A stretch of 64,000 nucleotides of DNA from Eledone cirrhosa (taxonomy: Eukaryota): contig OZ024740.1 of NCBI GenBank assembly GCA_964016885.1, positions 85,002,001-85,066,000 on the forward strand. Direction: 5' to 3'. Below are positions 54,301 through 64,000 of this stretch, in pieces. A program made the translations under genes and the position numbers. The notes beneath the pieces were generated by a model. The model searched no databases. It saw only the letters and a list, made by a program, of their open reading frames with translations, and was not told the DNA's origin. The number at the start of each line of letters is the position of its first letter. The stretch's first letter is position 1.

Positions 54301-54647
54301 AGTTCGTCTGGCAGCCCCGATTGGGGTGCGTAAGCTGATATTATTGTGGTAATTGTCTTATTCAGGACTAGTCTGAGTTTAATGATTCTTGCATTTACCC
54401 TGTACACTGAGATTACTTTATCTACCCACTTGTCAGCTAATAGTATACCTACACCACCCATCCCATCGTCATTTCCCACCCAGAAAAATTTGTAGCACTG
54501 GCTTTTTCCTACAAGGACTCTAGCAGACCCTCCTCTCCATCTAGTCTCTTGCACACAGCATACATCAACTTCCTTTCGCTCTAGCATTTCTACGATTTCT
54601 CCTGCTCTTCCTTTCATTGAGCCTACATTGATGGTACCAACTCGGAG
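51316..54647 (-). mobile_element. RTE-B LINE, near full length, lacking 5' UTR
   Basis: (CAT)n tail at 51316, 3' UTR, intact ORF, and TCTAT on both flanks. Confidence 0.96.
51609..54617 (-). CDS. RTE ORF: APE endonuclease, reverse transcriptase with embedded PHD-type finger, and RTE C-terminal domain (1002 aa, uninterrupted)
   Basis: EN motifs CVQETRW, GVGI, SAYAPQ, ADFNGHVG, SQLDFIL and SQHSLV. RT motifs NYRGIKL, FVDLEKAFD, HQGSVLSP and YADD. The frame stays open upstream through RLRVGTINVGS to the junction at about 54650. Confidence 0.95.
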   Translation of the reverse strand: MKGRAGEIVEMLERKEVDVCCVQETRWRGGSARVLVGKSQCYKFFWVGNDDGMGGVGILLADKWVDKVISVYRVNARIIKLRLVLNKTITTIISAYAPQSGLPDELKDRFYESLIHTTALTDDKDFLIIAADFNGHVGKHCDGFNRVHGGHGVGTRNEEGFRLLEFCDANDMSICNTNFKKPDNHLITYRSGEHSSQLDFILIRGRDRWTVVNTKAFPSEECTSQHSLVVSDLTVRTRRALKQRPTWRRKIWKLKVLSTSNRFKDILLNAYDSKEEQIETFNVEENWEFLKNNLLEATDEVCGWSKTSSRRRVTWWWNNKVDEAVKAKRQAWKEWKNGGSRVHYIETKREARRQVYLARREAEDRKFKHVLQREDQKQEVFKIARQCVRDSCDVIGEKCIRNDKGELALTSAEKKDAWKSHYDRLLNEENAWEEETLPQVDPIEGPAVQVSSNVVSKAIKDMKMGKATGPSGIAAEMLKASGSVGHTITTRIVNQVILEGAIPKDWCSSIIVNCYKGKGDALDRGNYRGIKLMDQVMKVTERVIAQLIRDRVNIDEMQFGFVPGKGTTDALFLVRQLQEKYLTKSKPLYLAFVDLEKAFDRVPRAVIWWALRKLGVDEWLVKAVQAMYRGAVSKVRIGNEYSEEFSVQVGVHQGSVLSPLLFIIVLQAITEEFKTGCPWELLYADDLALIAESMVELENKFQTWKQGLERKGLKVNMTKTKVLISRRENRTQIPSGKWPCSVCRKGVGRNSILCPKCKQWVHKRCSGISGSLIKNVGFTCSSCAETASKQPQETSTTNLWEGPVETVDSFCYLGDRISNGGGCSESTITRVRTGWKKFRELLPLLAAKGFSLRMKGRLYDACIRTAMLHGSETWALKVEDLRRLERNEACMLRWMCNSNIRERQSIKELRERLSIRGIKCCVQERRLRWYGHVMRMKDDSCIKRCRALEVDGNRGVGRPKMTWDEVIKADLTQLHLSKSMTHDRDFWRHAVIQGTRPPMGTC

Positions 54648-54680
54648 TCTATATATATACTATATATTTGTATGATGTAT

Positions 54681-57600
54681 CATCATCATCATCATCAACG
54701 TTTAACGTCCGTGTTCCACGCTTGCATGGGTTTGGACGGGGGTATTCCCACTTGAGGCAAGAGTGATTGTCTTGCTCGCATAGGACTGTCTGGCAGGTTT
54801 TCTACAGTTGGATGCCCTTCCTAACACCAACCACATTTACAGTGTGGGTGTGGGAGGTTTTTACCGTGTTGCCTACACGGCCACATTACAGCGTGGACTG
54901 TGTGTTTTTTGTCGTGACACGTACACGATCTCATTTGTTTCGGCCTGGATGGCGTGGCACCAACATAACTTTACATAGAAGGGGGCGGTGTGGATGGGGT
55001 GGGGGTGGTGGGACGGGGTGTATTTTGTTAGAGATGCCTACTGGCTGTAGTAGGTTTTACTATGTATTTAGGTAAGGCGGGTCTTCTCTGTTACTGAGTA
55101 CCGCCAAAGGTCTCAGTCCAGTGACATTGTCTTGGAGAGGTGTAAGTGTGTGAGGTCGGAGTTTATCAGCTCGTCCCAGGTTTTTCTAGGTCTGCCTATT
55201 CCGTGGCTACCGTCTATCTTTATTGCCCTGCACTTTGTTATACAGCTATCGACTTTCATGCGCATCACGTGTCCATACCAACGTAGCCTTCTCTCGAGTA
55301 AACAACATCTGATCCCTCTTATTTCTAATTTTTTCCTTAGTTCGGTTATGCTTTGCCGTTCACGTATATTGCTGTTACACATCCAGCGGAGCATGCAAGC
55401 TTCGTTCCTCTCTAGTCTGCGTATATCCTCTGCACACAATGCCCAGGTCTCACTGCCATGCAACATTGCTGTTCGTATGCAGGCATCATACAACCTGCCT
55501 TTCATTTTTAGGGAGAACCCTTTAGCAGCTAATAGTGGTATAAGCTCTCTGAACTTTTTCCAACCAGTTCTGACTCTAGCTACTGTACTTTCAGAGCACC
55601 CTCCCCCACTGCTGATTTTGTCGCCCAGGTAACGGAAGCTGTCCACTATTTCTATAGTACCCTCTGCGCAATTGAAAGAGCTAGTATTTTGTGGGCACTT
55701 GCTGCTACTTATTGCACCAGAGCACCGGCCACATGTAAAATCTATGTTCTTAGTTAGCTTACCTGTGATCCCACTACATCTTTTATGCACCCATACTTTG
55801 CATTTGGGACATAAAATGGAGTTTCTACCTACGTCTTTCCTACACACTGAGCATGGCCATTTCCCAGAAGGGACCGCCGCCTTATTTTCTTTCCTACAAA
55901 CTAGAACTTTAGTCTTAGCCAGGTTAATTTTAAGTCCTTTTGATTCTAGGCCGTGCTTCCATGTTTGGAATTTCTTCTCTAACTCGGCCATTGATTCAGC
56001 TATGAGTGTCAGGTCGTCTGCGTATAGGAGTTCCCATGGGCAGCCGGTCTTGAACTCCTCTGTTATAGCCTGAAGGGCAATAATAAATAGTAGGGGGCTG
56101 AGAACAGAGCCCTGATGGACGCCAACTTTTACGCTAAACTCTTCACTATATTCGTTGTTAATTCTAACCTTGCTGACTGTTTCTTTATACATGGCTTGTA
56201 TAGCTCTCACAAGCCATTCGTCAACACCTAGTTTTCTAAGAGCCCACCAGATAATGGAACGGGGGACTCTGTCGAAGGCTTTCTCCAAGTCGACAAAAGC
56301 TAAGTAGAGGGGTTTACCTTTAGCTAGGTACTTCTCCTGTAGTTGTCGTACAATGAAAAGAGCGTCTGTGGTACTTTTGCCTGACACAAACCCGAACTGC
56401 ATTTCATCTAGGTCAATTCTCTCTCTGATTAGTTGCGCTATTACTTTTTCCGTGACCTTCATGACCTGGTTGATTAATTTAATGCCTCTATAGTTACTCC
56501 TATCTAGGGCATCTCCTTTACCCTTATAACAGTTAACGATGCTGCTGCTATGCCAGTCCTTCGGATCAACCCCATTCTGTACGACTTGGTTAACTATGCG
56601 GGTGACCATGGTGTGTCCCACCGTGCCAGATGCCTTCAGCATCTCAGCAACTATTTCCGAAGGCCCAGCTGCCTTACCCGTCTTCATATCCTTGATTGCC
56701 TTAGTTATTATACTCCCCTCGACTAACACTGCTGGTCCCTCTATTGGGTCGATGTGGGGGAGACTGTCTTTCTTCCATTTATTCTCCTCATTTAGTAGCC
56801 TTTCATAGTGACACTTCCAAGCTACCTTCTTATCAGCGTCGGTGATGGCAAGTACGCTGTCATCATTAAGTACACACTTCTCCCCGACAATATCACGGTT
56901 TTCCTTGACGCATTGCCTAGCAATCCTGAACACCTCACGTTTTTGGTCCTCGCGTTATAGAACATGCTTGAACTTTCTTTCCTCTGCTTCCCTTCTTGCG
57001 AAGTACACTTGTCTCCTAGCTTCCCTCCTGGCCACTTGTTAGTCTTCTCTACTTCCCCCATCCCGCCATACTTTCCAAGCCTGCTTTTTGGCCTTAATTG
57101 ACCCCTCTACCTTACTGTTCCACCACCATGTTACTCTCCTCCTGCCTACAGGCCTGCTCCAGCCACAGACTTCGTCTGTCGCCATCAGCAGGTTTGCTTT
57201 CAGAAATTCCCACTGTCCCTCTATATTGTCCGACTCTAAATGCTCTTCCTTACTGTCGAAAGCATCAAGCAATATGCTTTGAAATTTATTTCTGGCTGTG
57301 GGGTCCTTTAGCTTCCATATTTTTCTCCTGAGGATAGTCCTCTTCTGCTGTCGAGTACGTCTCGTCCTGACTATGAGGTCGCTAATTATCAGTCTATGTT
57401 GGGAGGTGCCTTCTTCATGGGGGAGGGATTTAGTGTTTACAACAGACACTCTGTCACGTCTTCTGGTAAGGATATAATCTACCTAGCTTGTGTGTTCCCC
57501 GGATCTATAGGTGATCTGGTGATTGTCACGTTTTTTGAAGTTAGTGTTACAGATAGTTAGGTTATTTGCATCACAGAATTCCAGGATTCTGGAGCCTTCC

Positions 57601-58069
57601 TCATTTCTAGTACCAAACCCATAGCCTCCATGGATTTCGTCGTAGCCGTCAAAATGTTGTCCAACGTGACCATTTAGGTCGCCTGAAATAATTATATAGT
57701 CACTGTCGGTTATTTGGGAGGTAGTGAGCATCAGTGTCTCATAGAATCTGTCTTTTATAGTGCCGGGCAGTCCGGATTGGGGTGCGTACGCAGATATTAC
57801 TGTCACCGTAGTTCTATTGAGGACAAGTGGTATTTTAATTATTCTGTCGTTCACTCTATTTACGTCTATTATCTTATCTGCCCACTTTTCTGCTACCATG
57901 ATTCCTACTCCACCCAGCCCATCGTCGTTTCCCACCCAGAAAAGCTTATAACATCGTTTTTTACCCTCAATGAATCTAGCAGACCCACCCCTCCACCTGG
58001 TCTCTTGAATACAACAAACATTGACCTCCTTATGTTCAAGCATTTCTACAACCTCGTTAGCGCGACCCA
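54681..58069 (-). mobile_element. RTE-A LINE, near full length, ORF disrupted
   Basis: Segments 57483-58070 and 57039-57449 (APE) and 55113-56933 (RT). Stops at about 57483, 57039 and 55113 and a frameshift at about 56950. ATGTAT on both flanks and a (CAT)n tail. Confidence 0.96.
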
Positions 58070-58274
58070 ATGTATATATAAATGATTTCTAATGTTGGTC
58101 ACTCACTACATCTGGTTATATATACGATATGTTCTCTCTCTATATATATACTATATATTTGTATGATGTATATATAAACGGTTTCTAATATTGGTCACTC
58201 ACTACATCTGGTTATATATACTATATATTTGTATGATGTATATATAAATGATTTCTAATGTTGGTCACTCACTA

Positions 58275-58472
58275 GATCTGGTTAAATATACGATGGTCAG
58301 CTGAAAAGTTCATGGCATGACCAAATGGGGTTTATTTTTCAACACTGTCCCTCGAAAAACAAAACAATGCAGTTATTAAGAAGAAGAGTTGAAATGAATG
58401 CATGCACGATACAGCTCTATTCACAGCACCATTCCTCCATAGTCAGCCTATGAACTTTTCAGTCAACCCTTA
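58275..58472. mobile_element. Mariner-derived MITE
   Basis: TA-CGATGGTCAGCTGAAAAGTTCAT ... ATGAACTTTTCAGTCAACCCT-TA. Confidence 0.7.
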
Positions 58473-59450
58473 TATAGCTAGGGAGTGTAACGTGCTGTTA
58501 CTGTAGGTTCACCCAAGTGAGCACTCGATGCGTAGATTCTCGTCTATAATGTGGTGTAGAACTAAATAGAGTGTAAATATAATACTAAAAGGACGAATTG
58601 TTATGCCTTCATTATGTTTATTGAGTAGTGACACGCGTTTCGCTATTGATCAGCTCAAAGTTCAATCTGTATCAATCTGGCCTGATTCTGGAATCAAAAG
58701 CTTGTCGGACCTCTGCTATTGTAATGAGTATATATATATATATATTTACATGGTCCCACCCTTGCAAGCAGGGAAAAGCGGACGTAAAATGATGATGATG
58801 ATGTCCAAACAATTTATACACACTTCAGCAGCATTCTATAAATATATGTATACCTTTTTGGGGGACATCTTGGATATATATGTAGACCCGCCTTCCCTTA
58901 CATACGAAGTTACACCTATAATCAGTAGGCACTTTTTAACCAAATATACACCCCACCCCACTACCCCTAATCCATCTTCCCACTTCCATCCACACCACCC
59001 TCTCTCTGTAAAGTTATGTTTGTACCACAGAACATCCAGTCCACACTGTAAAGTGGTCGTGTAGGTGTCACGACAAAAAGCACCCAGTGGTCGTGTAGGA
59101 GACATGGTAAAAAAGCTCCCAGTCTACACTGTAAATGTGGTTGGAGTTAGGAAGGGCATCCAGCCATAGAAAACCTGCAGATACAGTCCTATACGAGCGA
59201 GACACGGTCACCCAACCAATCTTGCCTCAAGTGGGACAACTCCCGTCTAACCCATGCTACCATGAAGATAGATGTTAAACGATGATGACAATGATATATA
59301 TATATTATGTTGTATATATATTAATGGTTACTAATGTTGGTCACTCATTACATCTTGTTATATATAGTATGTTGTTATTTACACATTCTCTTTATCTTTT
59401 TTCTCTTGGTCAGGAAAGAATGAAAGAGATACATACAAAAGGAGTTTCTC

Positions 59451-59665
59451 TGGATAAACTGTATAGTTAGTGGTATACAACAACAACCATAACAACCATA
59501 TTATGGATAAACTATATAGCTAGAGGTATACAACAACAACCACCATATTATGGATAAACTATATAGCTAGAGGTATACAACAACCACCACCACCATAACA
59601 GCCATATTATGGATAAACTATATAGCTAGAGGTATACAACAACAACAACAATAATCACTATATTA
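59451..59665. repeat. ~50-bp tandem repeat x4 with variable (CAA/CAC) spacer
   Basis: Unit TGGATAAACTATATAGCTAGAGGTATACAACAAC. Confidence 0.9.
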
Positions 59666-59778
59666 AACCATAGAAGAGAAGAGAAAAAATATGAAAAAAT
59701 GTGAGAATCTCAAGTGGTAGCTCGACAAGTCTTCATAGTAATTATTTACTCACCATTGCTATTTTCTGACTGGTGAGC

Positions 59779-60101
59779 CACCACACACACACACACACAC
59801 AGACACACAGACACACAGACACACAGACACACAGACACACAGACACACACACACACACACACGCACACACGCACACACGCACACACTCTCACACTCTCAC
59901 ACTCTCACTCACACACTCTCTCTCTCTCTCACTTATACACACATTCACACACACCAACTCTCTCACTAACACACTCATTTATGCATACATTCTCACACTC
60001 ACTCATACACACACATTCACTCATACACACTTACTCTCTTACTCATTCACATGCACACACACATCCACATACTCACATGTGCACACACACACATACACAC
60101 A
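59779..60101. repeat. Compound (CA)n/(CACAGA)/(CT)n microsatellite
   Basis: Seen directly. Confidence 0.92.
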
Positions 60102-62124
60102 TGGGGTGTGGGTATGTGGGTGTTTGAGACCAGATCAGACCAGTCTATTCTGCTCTAGCTGCCTGTTCTTAGTTAAAAGTGAGCAATAAGAGTTCTAGTT
60201 TAAATGATATTTCTCTGCTGGGGAAGAGGTTTGTGGGGGTTATTAATGAATGGCACTGACTGTTGCTGCTGCCAAGTCATGCAATTGGTTGTTGTTTTGC
60301 TGATGATGATGATGATAATAATAATAAAATGCAGGAGATATAATACCTACTAAAAGATAAAAGAAAAGTAAAAAAAGGTTAGCTAATTCTAAATGTAAAA
60401 TAATAGTGTGTCACTGAATAAAAGAGACCAATTGCCGGAATTCTTCAACCTCTACTAAACTGTAGTATTGCGCAGCATTTAAATCTATATCAGTGTTAAG
60501 TCTCTCTCAAACAAGGAAGTTATACTTAATGGCTTCATGATCACAGCTATTTTCCACAGTCATTAAAACACCTCAACTGACATTAAAACTGTCTTCTTTT
60601 GTTTTCGTTTTCATTTTTACTGTCTATTATTTTTCTTTCTTGCAAATTGTCGCTGTACAATTCTCGGTCACATTTTTAATTCCCTTTAATTACCATATTT
60701 TTGATTATTTAATGAAGAATTTGGAAAGGGTTTACTAAAATGATTTCATTAAGATGGTATTTGTAACAAAATGTTCTTATATAAAATTATATTGAAAGGT
60801 TTTAATTTAAGTAGGATCCTTTATTATGAATGATTTTGTTTCATAGAATCAGAGGTTGTTTTAGGCAGGATTTGTATCAAAAGGGTTAAAACAAACATGA
60901 TGATGATGAATGTGTTGCTGAATCAGTAATAATGTTCAGCAGTCCAGCTTAACTTGTGGTCATTTGGCCTGGTAGAAACAAGTTAAAATTACTTCAAATT
61001 ACACCATACTCTATTATGAGAAAGGATGCTTTAGATTATGTATTGGGATGAAAACCTGAGTATGCCATTACTGGCCTATTTATGTTGATTTTAGAGCCTA
61101 CCAGTTCACGTGGTGGTTGGTTGATTAGTCTTGTCCATCAGCACTTATTGGATAATGTGGAACTAGATATATTCTTCTTTTACTGGTTTGGGACATTGGA
61201 TTGTGTCCATGCTGGGCACTGCCATCTTAAGTTATAGTCAGTTTACATTCACCTACAGTAACCCCACCCCCCCCCAATTGAAGTGAACATTGGGTGAGAT
61301 TTTTTACTCAAACCATAAAGGGATGTAACCAAATACCATAAAGTATTTTGTGCGATACTCTACTGATTCTTCTAAAAGAATTTGATGGTCAGGTTTATAT
61401 ATTTATTAACTGAGGAATTTGACAGCTCAAATATATTTTCACATTCCATCCCTAACTTCATTTTAATGGAATTCCTGTAGAGGAATTAAGGATGTTATTG
61501 CCAGGAATTTAGTACAGGAGAATTCAAAGTCTGTGACATTGATGTTACTAATAATTGTCTGTTCAGTTGATTAGCCACCAGGGCCTATTCATTCACTATG
61601 TAGTTACAAATGAGTTGGGAAACATGAGGATATACACACTCGGTTTTTTAAAAGCTTATGGTGGCACATAAACATTGTATGCAATATATTATAACATTAA
61701 AAAGTTGTAGAGATATACAGATAAATTAATGAGAATAAATGAATATACCTTGGACTTGTAACTCATGATGGAGTCATAGGGCTAGTGTCATGATATACAG
61801 CGTGTCTTAGGCATTTTAAACTTGGTAGAGCCCAACTATCTCCAGGTCTGATCAAAGTTGATTTCTTCCAGAGAAAGAGATAGGGAGAGAAGGAAAAAGA
61901 TAGAGGAGGAGTTGACTCTAGATATTGGACTGGTACTTAATTTATCGACCCTGAAAGGAAAAAAAGGAAAAGTTGAACTTGGTGAGATTTGAATTGAAAG
62001 CACAGAGATCCAGAATGAATACTGCAAAGCATTTTATTTGACATTCTAATGACTCTGGCAATTTATTGCCCTAAATAGATATATACATATATAAATAAAT
62101 ATATCATTGCATTCCTGCAACTGG

Positions 62125-62740
62125 TGCAGCCAGTCGTTGGACTTGAACAGTTTGAGCGTCATTGGAAAACTAATAGAGTTGCTTTTCCATATGATGTTCA
62201 GCTTTCCCATGGCAGAAGTAGCCAGTGTGAGTCTTGTCAGTATCTCCTTTTGAGATCTGCCATCTTTGGTCAAAGTGGATTTTAGGTACTTGGAGATGTC
62301 TACTTCTTTAAGTCTTCCTCTGTTCTGTATGATGTTGGTTACTGTATAATGATTATTACTGTTAACCAGAATCTTGCTCTTTGTTGAGCTGATTTCCATT
62401 CCATATACTCCTGATACTGTTCCTAACAGGTCGATGTCATCAGCAAATTGCAGGTTGGAAATGGGCCATCCTCCAATGGAAACTGAGGTGTGGAAGTCTT
62501 GATGGGTCTATTGCATGATGTTTTCCAGGAAGATATTGAAAAACACTGGAGAAAGGAGACATCCTTGTTGAACTTCCACTGTTCTAAAGAATTCTCCAGT
62601 GTTGTTATTCAGGAGAATTGCATTATTCGAGTTGTCGTATAGTGCTTTAATTACCTGAATGAGGTTGATGTGAAAGTTATAATCCTTTATCACCGTCCAC
62701 AAACTCTCATACCAAACATCGTTAAAGGCTTTTTTAAAAG
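62125..62740 (-). mobile_element. Internal RT fragment of an old RTE family lacking the PHD insert
   Basis: FKKAF, QQGCLLSPVFFNIFLE, NLQFADD, and MEISSTKSKILV...EVDISKYL. Confidence 0.85.
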
Positions 62741-64000
62741 TGTTGGGGAAAAGAAAAGGAAAAGTAAACCATGGGTCACTGATGACATCTTGGACCTATG
62801 ACTTGAAGACCAAACTAACAGATGAAGAGGCAAGACAACACTACAAAATAAATATATACAAATATATGGATGTTAAACAATGATGATGATAAATAAATAT
62901 AAATAAAACTACAAGAGCAACACTTACAAAGATGAGAGGTTACCAAGTGGGTTGGTTCAGAACACATCCATGATCTCAACTTAAATCTAGGAGTTGACAT
63001 GTAGTTCTAGACAAGTGATACCCCAAGATGGTGGTGTGTCATTTATGTGTTCCACAAAATCTGACCCTATCTCCTACCCAATTTGCACATGACTCCCCCA
63101 AGCCTCCTTCAAGTTGTTCAACTCATCTATTAGCTCTTTATTGGTTATCAAAACAATTTAACTCTCATAACTTACTGGAGGATAGTGAGTTTTTCTTCAT
63201 GACTACTGCTTTTTGGGGGGCTGAGCTCGCTCTTCTTCAGTATTTTTTTCTTTTTTTTCTGTTCATGGTTTGCCATTCCTGTCCAACCTACATCTCCTAT
63301 CTTATTGCAATATGATGGAATGGTGCTACTGAGACATACATATCTATACACACCTCACCTGATCACGTTATTTCATGTTCATCACCTGCCAAACTGTACT
63401 GCAATGGTGATTAATCACCCATATCTCTGGTCAAGACTTATGTATTCCTTTGTCCCATATATTGTTGCTCCGTCTGAGGAGTAGGAGTGGCGTATCTGTT
63501 ACCTCTTCCTTGGTCTTAAAGACCAAGCCTGTTTCCATATGCCTTGCCCCAGTTGATGGAACACACATGGACCAGGTTTTCTTCCAACTGCTTTTTTTTG
63601 TGGGCATATAGATCTTTTCATTATATTACTTTCTTCATTGCTTTCTCCTGGATGCATTTCTTAGGCAAAGATCACAGTGTCCTTTGTAACACATCTCTTC
63701 CATATTTTGTACTGCATTAGCAAGAGATTCTTGAAAATTACGAAGTACTGTGACTACATCACATTAAAAATTGAAGTCTTTTTTTTATTATTGCAAATTT
63801 TCACAACAGCCTGTAAAGATATATAAACATGTGAATTAACAAACCTACATCTAGATATTTTCTACTAAAAGATTACAGGGTTTAAGTGTTAAAGAACCTT
63901 TGGAATCTCAGTGATATTCGTATTACATATTTTACTATGAAAAGTATCCAGTCCAGCCTGTCAGTTGCTCGTTTTGGTGCCATGATAAAAAGTAGCCAGT

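Larger units (their letters stand above)
50898..59367. repeat. Minisatellite (~70-100 bp unit, 8 core copies) dispersed by TE insertions
   Basis: Core ATGGTTACTAATGTTGGTCACTCACTACATCTG at about 50910, 50981, 51077, 51252, 58082, 58179, 58248 and 59324. Confidence 0.9.

Noticed and set aside
50898-59367. CRISPR-like appearance of a conserved ~33-bp core with variable spacers (also 59451-59665 and 11378-11912)
   Set aside because: The context is eukaryotic, there are no cas genes, and the spacers are related TA-rich or microsatellite sequence. These are ordinary minisatellites.

Overview
AT-rich, repeat-dominated animal genomic DNA with no recognisable host protein-coding exon. It is probably intronic or intergenic. 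The SINE and RTE 3'-tail motifs look like those of octopod cephalopods, which is an inference from recalled repeat sequences and not a database hit. All long ORFs come from transposable elements or microsatellites. The window holds two young RTE-clade LINE families: RTE-A has four copies, and RTE-B includes an intact 1002-aa APE+RT ORF at 51609-54617. Both carry a canonical C4HC3 PHD-type finger inside the RT domain. Also present are older RTE families, three CR1-like LINE copies, two CRE-like (RLE) LINE copies, L1/Tx1 3' fragments, a mariner remnant, many MITEs (hAT, Tc/mariner, TTAA-type, a Merlin-like element), tRNA-derived SINEs, mini- and microsatellites, long foldbacks and several nested insertions. 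Three things stand out: (1) the PHD finger inside the RT; (2) a minisatellite hit three times by (GAT)n-tailed retroelements at TAT sites; (3) about ten type-I hammerhead-ribozyme-like motifs, mostly next to TA-rich microsatellites, suggesting Penelope-like or retrozyme-like elements. Coordinates were read by eye, and the boundaries of old elements are approximate.
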